A program made the translations under genes and the position numbers. Below, piece by piece: positions 1-8,336 of a stretch of DNA of 19,653 bases. Numbering within the stretch: the stretch's first letter is position 1; every line of letters starts with the position of its first letter. The stretch is taken from NCBI GenBank assembly GCA_038227875.1, contig JBBRPR010000099.1:1-19653 (forward strand), written 5' to 3'. The notes under the pieces were generated by a model that worked only from the letters and a program-made list of their open reading frames with translations, was not told the origin of the DNA and searched no databases. Origin of the DNA: Planctomycetota bacterium. GTDB lineage: Bacteria; Planctomycetota; SZUA-567; H5-PLA8.

Positions 1-34
1 GCTACTCGACAGCGGTTTCGTGCTACGCGAGAAA

Positions 35-300
35 ATGATGAGTTATGATTGATGATTGATGAGCGGCAGGGATGGGAATTGGGCTTCGGTTGGCTCAGTC
101 TTTCAGCAACGGCCGGAAAGCCGGCTGAAGCCGGCTGGTGGGAAGTTCAAGGGATCAGGACCCACCACTTGAAAGTGGGGGCAAGCAACGGCTTGAACGG
201 CAACGGCAAGCAACAGCGAACTGTAACTGCAAGCAACGGTGACGGTCGCCCTTCCAGGGCTCAAGGATATCTAATGCCACACCTGAACCCAGGGCTGATG
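35..300. repeat. Composite intergenic repeat region (heptamer run, short hairpins, AACGGC-like run, truncated REP-like unit)
   Basis: NNNATGA x4 at 35-62. AGCCGGC-TGAA-GCCGGCT at 119-136. CCACT-TGAA-AGTGG at 165-178. Repeated GCAACGG/AACGGC at about 181-245. CCAGGGCT occurs twice at about 254-296. No credible CDS. Confidence 0.55.
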
Positions 301-349
301 CCAAGGGCGCCAGGCCGAGTGATGGCACGTACTGCAACGGCACGTCAGC

Positions 350-1621
350 TCACGCGGGTTCGATTACTTTCGCGGGCTGCGATGGGGTGGACTGCGCGCC
401 TTGCACGACCAGGCCCATCGGCACGCCGACGCGTAGAGCGGCGCGGCTGGGGCGATGGAGTTTCCAGAGGAGAAGTTCGGCGGCGGTGCGTCCGAGTTCT
501 GCGCCGTCCACGCGGATGGGCAGAGCGGGTCCGCCGTAGCCACCCTCGACAGCGCCCGCGCCGAGCAACGGTACGCCGTGCTCCGCGAAAATTTTCATCA
601 ACATCTCGGCCTGGCTGATGCCGTGGCAGACCACGGCGTCCGGGCGCTGGGAGTCCGGGAGTTGAAGCAGCTTTGCGGCGAGCTGGGCTTCGAGCCCGTA
701 CAAATCGAAGTGGATCCACGCATCGGTGAGCTTGATGCCGCACTCGTCGAGCGCCGAGCGCCAGGCGCTCATACGCAAAAAGCTGTCGGGGTCGGCGCGT
801 TTTTTGCCTTCACGCCATTGATGCAGCGCGTCGGGATTCATATCGGCGGCGGGCGCGGGAGGGACCAGCATGCTGCCGACAAAATGGATGCGCCGGCATC
901 CGCGCGCGACGAGATGTCTGACGGCTTCGCGGTAACCGGCCATCGGATCGACGTAGACCTGGTCGGCGCGCATGGCGAAGCGTTCGTTGGGGAAGTCCAC
1001 CAGCACCGATGGAATTCCCAGTCCCAGCAGCTCGTCGATGAACGTTTCTTCGATGATCCCCAGCGACAGCAGCCCGTCGAAATTTCGTTCGCGAACTGCG
1101 GCCAGTTCCGGATGCCGCTGGCGGCTGTAGAGCGATTCGGCCAGGCACGTCACGGTCACACCGCGCGAGACGGAAGTCCATGTCGCCGACGTCGTATCGT
1201 GCTCACCGACGCGGGGAAATTCTCCCGATGAAGCGTTGAGTCCCCAGGACTCCAGCGCGCCGCGGGTGATCGAGCCCTGAAAATACGTCACCAGGCGCTC
1301 CGGCAGAATCGATCGCGGCCACAGGATGCCCAGCTTGAGATGGCGTCCGGGGAGCAGCGGGGGCTGGGTGCGGTCGGCGACGTAGGAACCATCGCCGCGG
1401 CGGCGCACGATCAGACCTTCGCGGGCCAGTTCGTGGAGCGCGCGCACCACGGTCTGCTTGCCCACGGATAGAATCCGGGGCAACTCAGTCTCCGTCGGCA
1501 GGCGGCATCCCGCGGGATACTCGCCGTCGAGAATCTGTTTTCGCAAACGCTCCAGGACCCGCTGGTGTTTCGGCGAGCGACGGCTGCGGGATGAAGTCTT
1601 GCTCGCCAAGGTGAGACTCAT
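350..1621 (-). CDS. GntR-family transcriptional regulator with C-terminal LacI-type (periplasmic binding protein-like) sensor domain, AraR-like architecture
   Basis: N-terminal wHTH 'LRKQILDGEYPAGCRLPTETEL...TVVRALHELAREGLIVRRRGDGSYV'. C-terminal LacI-like motifs 'GIPSVLVD', 'AVRHLVARGCRRIHFVG', 'PDAVVC', 'LGRTAAELLL'. The ATG overlaps the upstream stop (ATGA, 1618-1621). Confidence 0.9.
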   Translation of the reverse strand: MSLTLASKTSSRSRRSPKHQRVLERLRKQILDGEYPAGCRLPTETELPRILSVGKQTVVRALHELAREGLIVRRRGDGSYVADRTQPPLLPGRHLKLGILWPRSILPERLVTYFQGSITRGALESWGLNASSGEFPRVGEHDTTSATWTSVSRGVTVTCLAESLYSRQRHPELAAVRERNFDGLLSLGIIEETFIDELLGLGIPSVLVDFPNERFAMRADQVYVDPMAGYREAVRHLVARGCRRIHFVGSMLVPPAPAADMNPDALHQWREGKKRADPDSFLRMSAWRSALDECGIKLTDAWIHFDLYGLEAQLAAKLLQLPDSQRPDAVVCHGISQAEMLMKIFAEHGVPLLGAGAVEGGYGGPALPIRVDGAELGRTAAELLLWKLHRPSRAALRVGVPMGLVVQGAQSTPSQPAKVIEPA

Positions 1622-4113
1622 TTCTTGAAAAACGCCGACCGCTGCGCCTTCGATGTATACGTGGCGTTCACGTCTGCCGCGTAGTGGATTCCGGCAAGCT
1701 CAATCGTGACGGCCATGGTCATCGGCACGGCGGCAGCGGACCGCTGCGGTTCGATGTTCCAGACTTGCGCCCAAGTGCCATTTTTCAACTGGGCGCTGAA
1801 GGCCACAGCTTCAGTTCCCGCTGATTTTCGGCCTTTCGATTTTCCGGCTCTGATGTTCAACGCGAATGTGCCGCTATTTGAACGCGCTTTGCCACTGGCG
1901 CCAAGAACAAAGTCCGCCCTCGCGCCGCCCGCGTCGATGGTAACGCTTTGTCCGGCGGATTGAAACGGCAAGGGAAAAGCGGAGAGCGTGCCTTTCAGCG
2001 CGATTTTATCTTTTGCAGTCGTGTCGAATCGAACGATTCCCTGCAGCGCAGTGACGGTGAAGGAAACGGTATTCGGAGGCGTGCCGCCGCCGCCATCGCC
2101 TCCCCCGCCCCCTCCATTTCCACCGCCGCCGCCTCCACCAGTTCCGCCACTTCCACCACTTCCGCCCCCAGCGCCGCCGTCAGTAACGACGACCACGACG
2201 TTGTCCGTGGCGCTCGCGCCGGATGGATCGGTGACGGTCACGGTGGCGGTATAGTGCCCGGCGGCCGCATAAGCATGGCTGCCCAGCGCGCTTTTGAGTT
2301 CATCGCCGAACGACCAGACGTACGTCAGCACATCGTGGTCGGGGTCGCTGGCAGTGACGCTGAAGATGACGGTCTGACCGACCAGCGCCGGATTCGGCGT
2401 GGCCATCGGGATAGATTGAATGACCGGCGCATGATTGCCGCCCGTGGAGAGACTCACGTTTAACGTCGCGTTGTTGCTGGTCACAGTGCCTCCCGCGTTG
2501 GTGATGAGGCAGCGGTAGGTTGAGCCGCTGTCGGAGAGCGCCGCCGCCGGCGTGGAGTAGCTGGCGGAAGTGGCGCCGGGGATGTCGGCGTTGTTGCGTT
2601 GCCATTGATAGGTCAGCGTACCCGCACCGGTGGCAACGACGGTGAAGGTCGCCGTCTGCCCGACGATCACCGACGCGTTGGCCGGTTGCGTGGTGATGAC
2701 CGGCGCAGCGGGGGCTCCGGTGACGGTCAGCGTGGCCGCGTTGCTGGTGATCGAGCCGACCCGGTTCGTGACGACGCAACGGAACTGGCTGCCATCGTCG
2801 CCGGCTGACGCGGTACGCGTGTAGTTGGCGCTGACAGCTCCGGGCACGTCAACAAAGGTTCCGGCGCCAGGCGCAAGGCGCTGCCATTGGTACGTGGGCG
2901 CGGGCGACCCGCCGGCGAGCACGGTGAACGTCGCATCCTGTCCGACGGAGACACTTTTATTGGCAGGATGCTGGCTGATGAATGGCGCGGTGTTGCCGGA
3001 CGCATAGCGGAACAACACCCAGCGCGGATTATCGTTGGTGATGCCCTGGTAGACGAAGACGTCGTGCGCGGCGTCGTACGTCACGCTCTGGCGGCAGTAG
3101 TTGGCCGGCCGGTTGATCGGCGCATTGATCAATTCCCATGTATTTTCAACGGGATGGTAAGCGTAGGTCTGATTTCCGATCAGCGCGAGAAAGACATCGT
3201 GATTGGAGTCGTAATCGAATCCGGGCATGGGCGCATCGACGGGACAATCGGCCAGGCGCGTCCATTTGTTCTCCGCGACGGAATACGACCAGAGTTTCCG
3301 GGACAGGTATTGGTCGGTGGAATCCAGACCCGCGCCGAGCGTGATGACGCGACTGCGCTTGGTATCGTACGCGATGGCCGCGCCCGAGGTGTAGACGCCC
3401 ATCGCCGAGGGATCCGCCGGCAGCGTCGACCATGTATTGGTCGCCGGATTGAGCAGCCATGTTCGCGAGCCTGTGCTGAAGGAGTTGTCAAAGAATACAA
3501 TGACCTTGTTGGCGGGGTCATAGGTCATCACTTGCGGCCCGGAGTAGTCCGGATTTCGCGACGGGGAATTCAAGTCGCTCACGAACGTCCATTTCTTCTG
3601 CGACAGATCGAGACACCAGGTGTCGGTAATGGCCGTACCGAACACGCCGTTGTAGGCGGCGGAGGAGTTCAGGCCGTTCCCGATGTAGAGCCGGTTGAAA
3701 TCGGTGGCCAAAGCGACGCAGCCCAACGGATGGCGGTCGACGGGCGTGGGATCGGTGGCGTTCTCCGCCATCGGAAAGGTCTGGTAGTACGTCGGGAATT
3801 GGGTCACGGTCCAGTTGCCCACTTTCAGCACGGTGACCGTGTTGCTCGCGGGGTCAAAGGCGAGGACGGAGTTGGCGTAAATCGAACCGTTGTGGACGGT
3901 GTCGAACCAGCGTTCGAAAACAATCACGCGCTTGCTGGCGGGATCGTACGCCCCTTTATTGTTCCAGCCCTGAAGCGAGATCGATCCGCCGTTGGGCGCG
4001 CCGACGTAATCGGGTTGGGTTTCCACCCAGGAATTCGTCGGCAGTGTGTTCAGATCCACGGCGTGTGCGGAAACCTGCGCCAGCACCACCAGTATGGCGA
4101 GTCGTTTGATCAT
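1618..4113 (-). CDS. Secreted multidomain protein: Kelch-like beta-propeller, two Ig-like domains, PKD domain, Gly-rich linker, unassigned C-terminal domain
   Basis: Signal peptide MIKRLAILVVLAQVSAHA. Propeller blade motifs (YDPASKRVIVF, YDPANKVIVFF, YDTKRSRVITL, YDSNHDVFLAL, YDAAHDVFVY). Two 'PAN.SV.VGQ.ATFTV.A.G...TYQWQR' Ig repeats. PKD 'LTYVWSFGD...SHAYAAAGHYTATVTVTD'. SD GAGGGG about 6 nt upstream. Confidence 0.85.
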   Translation of the reverse strand: MIKRLAILVVLAQVSAHAVDLNTLPTNSWVETQPDYVGAPNGGSISLQGWNNKGAYDPASKRVIVFERWFDTVHNGSIYANSVLAFDPASNTVTVLKVGNWTVTQFPTYYQTFPMAENATDPTPVDRHPLGCVALATDFNRLYIGNGLNSSAAYNGVFGTAITDTWCLDLSQKKWTFVSDLNSPSRNPDYSGPQVMTYDPANKVIVFFDNSFSTGSRTWLLNPATNTWSTLPADPSAMGVYTSGAAIAYDTKRSRVITLGAGLDSTDQYLSRKLWSYSVAENKWTRLADCPVDAPMPGFDYDSNHDVFLALIGNQTYAYHPVENTWELINAPINRPANYCRQSVTYDAAHDVFVYQGITNDNPRWVLFRYASGNTAPFISQHPANKSVSVGQDATFTVLAGGSPAPTYQWQRLAPGAGTFVDVPGAVSANYTRTASAGDDGSQFRCVVTNRVGSITSNAATLTVTGAPAAPVITTQPANASVIVGQTATFTVVATGAGTLTYQWQRNNADIPGATSASYSTPAAALSDSGSTYRCLITNAGGTVTSNNATLNVSLSTGGNHAPVIQSIPMATPNPALVGQTVIFSVTASDPDHDVLTYVWSFGDELKSALGSHAYAAAGHYTATVTVTDPSGASATDNVVVVVTDGGAGGGSGGSGGTGGGGGGGNGGGGGGDGGGGTPPNTVSFTVTALQGIVRFDTTAKDKIALKGTLSAFPLPFQSAGQSVTIDAGGARADFVLGASGKARSNSGTFALNIRAGKSKGRKSAGTEAVAFSAQLKNGTWAQVWNIEPQRSAAAVPMTMAVTIELAGIHYAADVNATYTSKAQRSAFFKK

Positions 4114-4137
4114 TGCTATCCCCCCTCGTTTGCAGCC

Positions 4138-4166
4138 ATTTTAGATATGAGTACATTCAAACTCAT
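4138..4166 (-). promoter_or_regulatory. Candidate sigma70-type promoter for the propeller/GntR operon
   Basis: Minus strand ATGAGT(4166-4161)-N17-TAAAAT(4143-4138). The -10 is good and the -35 is weak. Confidence 0.4.
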
Positions 4167-4215
4167 AGAGACATACACAAAAACATCGATGTTTTTAAAT
4201 AAAACATCGATGTTT
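4146..4215. promoter_or_regulatory. Putative operator array: TATGAGT-N8-ACTCATA plus two AAACATCGATGTTT palindromes
   Basis: Inverted repeat at 4146-4167. Perfect 18-bp palindrome AAAAACATCGATGTTTTT at 4179-4196. Perfect 14-bp palindrome AAACATCGATGTTT at 4202-4215. The two related palindromes have centres 21 bp apart. Confidence 0.65.
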
Positions 4216-4450
4216 ATTTTTTGGAACTTAGCCGCTGGAATGCACCTCGTCGTAATCTTCCCTCGAGAATTATCTCAAAGCATTAATTTGAATGGGTTTA
4301 AAGGCCAACTGGATGACGAGAATAGTTTATCCGCTGATCATACTTTTGTTTGCGAAGCAAGTGCTTTCGGCGGAGAAAAAGCGAAAGAAGGCACAAGATA
4401 AGGGCCGTCGAGACGTGAATGCCAGGGAAGTAAATGGGCAACTGAAAGGA

Positions 4451-4478
4451 TTGCGCTTTGTTGTTTTAACCCTAATAT
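4451..4478 (+). promoter_or_regulatory. Candidate promoter for a leaderless kinase transcript
   Basis: TTGCGC(4451-4456)-N16-TAATAT(4473-4478)-N6-ATG(4485). No SD before the ATG. Confidence 0.5.
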
Positions 4479-4484
4479 ATTGTC

Positions 4485-7241
4485 ATGGAATCTTCCACGC
4501 GCGGGAGCGGCGGGACCGCTCGCCCGGGACGCCAGTTGGGTGAAGGCGTTAAGACGCTGGGCGGCTACGAGATTATTGCCAAGGTCGGCCAAGGCGGGAT
4601 GGGCGCGGTGTTTCGTGCGCGCCAGATCTCGATGGATCGCATCGTCGCGCTGAAAATTCTGCCTCAACGCATTGCCCAGGATCCCAAAGCCAAGGAGCGC
4701 TTCCTGCGCGAAGCGCGCATCTGCGCGGGGCTCAACCACGCCAACTTGATCAACGGCATCGATTGCGGCGAGGCCGGCGGCTACATGTACTTTGCCATGG
4801 AGTTCGTTGAGGGCGAGACGGTCAAGAGTCTCCACAAGCGCAAGGGGCGGCTGCAGCCCGCCGAGTGTTTGAAAATCGTGCGCCAGGCTGCAGCGGCGCT
4901 GGACTACGCGCATTCCAAGAAACTGGTTCACCGGGACGTCAAGCCCGACAACATCATGCTGATGCCCGATGGCACCGCGAAACTCTGCGACCTGGGCCTG
5001 GCGCGCTCGACGGCGAATATCGAAGACTCCTCGCTGACGCAATCCGGGCAGAGCCTGGGGACGCCGCATTATATTTCTCCTGAACAGGCGCGCGGCGAGG
5101 AAGTCGACGCCCGCACGGATATCTACGCGCTGGGCGCCACGATGTACCATCTCCTGGCCGGGCAACCCGTATTCGACGGCAACACTCCAGCCGTGATCAT
5201 GGCCAAGCACATCACCGAAAGCAGTCCTGCGCTCACGGCACTCAACCCGGCCATCAGCGATGACCTTGCGTACATTGTTTCGAAGATGCTGGCCAAGAAG
5301 CCTGGCGACCGTTACGCGAACATCGCTCAATTTGTCGCGGATCTGGATGCGGTGGAGAGCGGGCGTGCGCCGATCGCAGCGCAATTCAAAGGCGCCTCGA
5401 GTTGCGCCCGCCCTGTCGGCGGCAAGAACAAGGCCGCGACACGCCAGGTCGCGCCGATTACGGCGCGCGAGGGCGGCGCGAAGGCTGTTCGTACGGGCGG
5501 CGCGAAAAAGAATTCGCCGGTCGGCGTGTGGATCGGCGCCGGGTTGGCGTTGCTTGCGGTCCTCGCGGTCGTGGGTTCAGGTCTGGGATCTGGAACCGAC
5601 AAAGTGAAGCGCGTCGCGGTGGAGAATCCGAAGACGCCTCCAGTCCCGGCAGTTCCGGCACCGTCGCTCGCCCCAACTTTGCCGACGCCAGTCCCGGTTG
5701 CTCCACCTGCGCCTGCGTCCGCGAACACGCCGAAGACGGAAGCCGTCACAGCGGATCCGAAGTCCATTCCTGCGACGATGCCGGCGGTCGACGACACTGC
5801 AGTGAAACCGGCCTTGCCCGCGCCGCCGCCGCCGGTTCAGCCCATTGCGCCGCCCCCGCCCATTTCTGTAACTGTAAAAGCGGACCCGCCTGTGCCCCCC
5901 GTGGCTCCTGTACCGAGCGGGCCGAGCAGCGCGGAGTCGCAATTGGCGCGGTCGCGCTTTCTGACTGAAATTCTGCATCGCACGGCCAAACAGGAACTGG
6001 TCAAAGTTCGCAAGGACGCGGGCGAGTTGGCCACGCACGCCGAATACGCGGCAGCGAAGGAACTGATTGCGCAGGACTTGAAGGATCTGGATAAGGCTGT
6101 CGAATTTGAGCAGAACGCGTTGGAATCGATCGGGGAACAAAAGCCGACGATCGCGCTACCGGCGGGAAACCCGCTCCGCGCGCTGGGCACGGACAAAGTG
6201 AAGGTGGAGAAGTACGAAGCTCACGGCTTGGAAGTGAAATGCGCCGATGCGCAAACGCGGCTCTCTCCGGTTACACTTCCGGCGCAGATGATCGTGGACC
6301 TCGGCGCGCTGAAGGGGCGCGACGCCGACGCGGTGAATTATTTAATGGCGCGCGGCGCGGTCGCAGATGCGCGCAAACTGCTGCCGCTGCTGACGGAGGC
6401 TCAACGCGAGCATCTCAACGCCCGGCTGGAATTGGCCAAGTCGGGAGAAGCCGAATTGGCGGCGCAGGTCGCCTTTGAAGAACTATCCAAGCTAGTGCAG
6501 AGCAAGCAATGGAAACAGGCGTTCGAAAAAGCGGCGGCGTTCGACGCGGCTCACGCGGGGACGGCCGTGGCAAAGAACAATGCGATCCAGCTCGACGCAT
6601 TTAAATCGCTGGCGGCCGAGAATCTCAATCCCGTCAGCAAATTTTTTCACGCCAAAGCGGCAAAACAATTACCGGATGGCGCCATCGAGCTGTCGTACGA
6701 CTTCTCAGATCCGGCGCAGGCCGCCGACTTCGCGTGCGAACACGGCGCGCTGACGGTGGACAAAGGGCGCCTGGTGGTGCCCAGCGGCGGGGGAGAATGG
6801 GCTCAGGCGCGATTCCTGCCGCCCGTCGGAGAAATTGTGCGGTTTGAAGTCACGGGCAAGACGTTGAGCGGCGCCCATCGGTTCGGCATCTACATTCTGG
6901 CGGCAAAGAGCACCGATGGCTCGCAAGCGCCGCGCTGCATGTGCCGGGTGTACGATCACCATCTGCATTTGGAACAGTGGGGCGTGCCCAACATCATCGG
7001 CACGGCGACAGCCGATTGGAACAAGGACACCAATTTCCTGGCGGAGTTGCAAGCCGACGGTCAGCTCAAGTGGACGGTGGATGGAACTGAAATCGGAAAA
7101 GTAAAAGTTCCGGCGACGGCCGCGGGCGGTCACATCGCGATGATCAGCGTCGATGGCAATCACAGTTGGACGAATTTTAAAGTCACGTTCAAACCGGAAC
7201 CGACCTGGTTGGCGGACCAGCGCAAGGGTGCCAAGCCGTAA
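4485..7241 (+). CDS. Membrane-anchored Hanks-type Ser/Thr protein kinase with Pro-rich linker and large extracytoplasmic region
   Basis: Kinase motifs GQGGMG, VALK, HRDVKPDN, DLG (DFG equivalent), GTPHYISPEQ and DIYALG. TM segment 'VGVWIGAGLALLAVLAVVGSGLG'. Followed by a Pro/Ala-rich linker, a helical region and a beta-rich C-terminal domain. Confidence 0.93.
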   Translation: MESSTRGSGGTARPGRQLGEGVKTLGGYEIIAKVGQGGMGAVFRARQISMDRIVALKILPQRIAQDPKAKERFLREARICAGLNHANLINGIDCGEAGGYMYFAMEFVEGETVKSLHKRKGRLQPAECLKIVRQAAAALDYAHSKKLVHRDVKPDNIMLMPDGTAKLCDLGLARSTANIEDSSLTQSGQSLGTPHYISPEQARGEEVDARTDIYALGATMYHLLAGQPVFDGNTPAVIMAKHITESSPALTALNPAISDDLAYIVSKMLAKKPGDRYANIAQFVADLDAVESGRAPIAAQFKGASSCARPVGGKNKAATRQVAPITAREGGAKAVRTGGAKKNSPVGVWIGAGLALLAVLAVVGSGLGSGTDKVKRVAVENPKTPPVPAVPAPSLAPTLPTPVPVAPPAPASANTPKTEAVTADPKSIPATMPAVDDTAVKPALPAPPPPVQPIAPPPPISVTVKADPPVPPVAPVPSGPSSAESQLARSRFLTEILHRTAKQELVKVRKDAGELATHAEYAAAKELIAQDLKDLDKAVEFEQNALESIGEQKPTIALPAGNPLRALGTDKVKVEKYEAHGLEVKCADAQTRLSPVTLPAQMIVDLGALKGRDADAVNYLMARGAVADARKLLPLLTEAQREHLNARLELAKSGEAELAAQVAFEELSKLVQSKQWKQAFEKAAAFDAAHAGTAVAKNNAIQLDAFKSLAAENLNPVSKFFHAKAAKQLPDGAIELSYDFSDPAQAADFACEHGALTVDKGRLVVPSGGGEWAQARFLPPVGEIVRFEVTGKTLSGAHRFGIYILAAKSTDGSQAPRCMCRVYDHHLHLEQWGVPNIIGTATADWNKDTNFLAELQADGQLKWTVDGTEIGKVKVPATAAGGHIAMISVDGNHSWTNFKVTFKPEPTWLADQRKGAKP

Positions 7242-7249
7242 GGTCAAAG

Positions 7250-8158
7250 CTATTCGTCGGAGAACTTGGACTTCCTGCCGGACTGCTTTTCCATCTGCTC
7301 GCGGTACTGCGCGTAGGGGCCGACGTGGACTTCGCGGCGGAAATCGTCGAGACGGTTTTTGTCCTCCAGCGGCTGGATCAGCATGGCCTCCATGTTCCGA
7401 AATGTCACCATCTGCGTGCCGTATTTCTGGCGACGGCCGAGTTTCTCCTGGGCGAGATCGTACAGCATGACGAAGACCGAACCATCGGTGAGCAGCCCGG
7501 CTTTCAGATCCTTCTCGACGAACGGCAGCGCGGCCATGATCAACGGCAGGTCGTGGCTGTGTTGCAGGATCACGAAGGCGGCGCTGGCGGCCGGTTCGCC
7601 GAAGCGGCGCACGTCGATCCAGCCGAGTTCCTGAACGGTCTTGGATAGCCAGGCGATATTGTCGTCGTCGACGGCTTCCTTCTGCGCCTGCTTGGCGGGG
7701 TCGGTGCGCACACTCTGGTCGGCAGTGAGGCGCTTGGTCAATTCGGCTCTGACCGCGGCGACCTTTTCGGACGCGACGGGACGGTCGTCGCCGATTTTCA
7801 ACGGAAGGATGTCCATCTCGCCGGCGGGCGGAGCATCCATCTTCACGTAACTGTCGCCGGCGCCGGACTCGGGCTTGCACGTCATCACGCCGTCTTTAAA
7901 GCTCAGCATGGAAATCTTCTTCCGCCCTTGATCGTACATCACCAATTTTGTGGGCGTGACATCGGCGAGAATGAACACGAGCTGCCCCTGGAGGCGGTTG
8001 GTGATGCGGTGCGGTTCGAGGCGCAAAATATCCTGATCGGACTGAACGTTCTTCCAATAGCCCAGGAGCGGCTTGAGTTCGTCGGCGGTCGGTTCCGCGG
8101 CGAACAGATTAAAGTTGAAGCTGAGGGCGCAGAGCAGCAGTGCGAGGGTTCGCGTCAT
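7250..8158 (-). CDS. Exported DUF6624-like protein (302 aa)
   Basis: Start moved to ATG 8158 because AGGAG lies 8 nt upstream and a signal peptide follows (MTRTLALLLCALSFNFNLFA). C-terminal pattern 'DQSVR...DDDNIAWL...GW...FGEPAASAAFVILQH...QKYGTQ...PLED...DDFR' matches DUF6624 from memory. Confidence 0.75.
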   Translation of the reverse strand: MTRTLALLLCALSFNFNLFAAEPTADELKPLLGYWKNVQSDQDILRLEPHRITNRLQGQLVFILADVTPTKLVMYDQGRKKISMLSFKDGVMTCKPESGAGDSYVKMDAPPAGEMDILPLKIGDDRPVASEKVAAVRAELTKRLTADQSVRTDPAKQAQKEAVDDDNIAWLSKTVQELGWIDVRRFGEPAASAAFVILQHSHDLPLIMAALPFVEKDLKAGLLTDGSVFVMLYDLAQEKLGRRQKYGTQMVTFRNMEAMLIQPLEDKNRLDDFRREVHVGPYAQYREQMEKQSGRKSKFSDE

Positions 8159-8336
8159 AGGGCATTCTCCTATATAGGAGTAAACAGCGTAACGTCTCGG
8201 CGGCAATTGGCCGCTGGGTTTTGGTAATTTCCCGCTGGTATCCAGGGGCTTTAGCTCTAAGTTTAGGGTTTCGTTTGCAGTCATGTACGCCGATACAATC
8301 TGGTGGGGGCGCGTGACTATTTGGGAGAGGACAAAG

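Noticed and set aside
49..618. 189-aa plus-strand ORF
   Set aside because: It runs through repeats and antisense to the GntR gene, is Arg-rich, and has no recognisable motifs.
2887..4401. 504-aa plus-strand ORF
   Set aside because: Antisense shadow of the propeller gene, expected from high-GC codon bias.
4980..5005. DLG instead of DFG as a sign of a pseudokinase
   Set aside because: The metal-binding Asp and all other catalytic motifs are intact, and DLG is a common variant in bacterial Hanks kinases.
4338..7880. Long minus-strand ORFs 4338-5384 and 6705-7880
   Set aside because: They are antisense or off-frame to the kinase and DUF6624-like genes and show no independent protein features.
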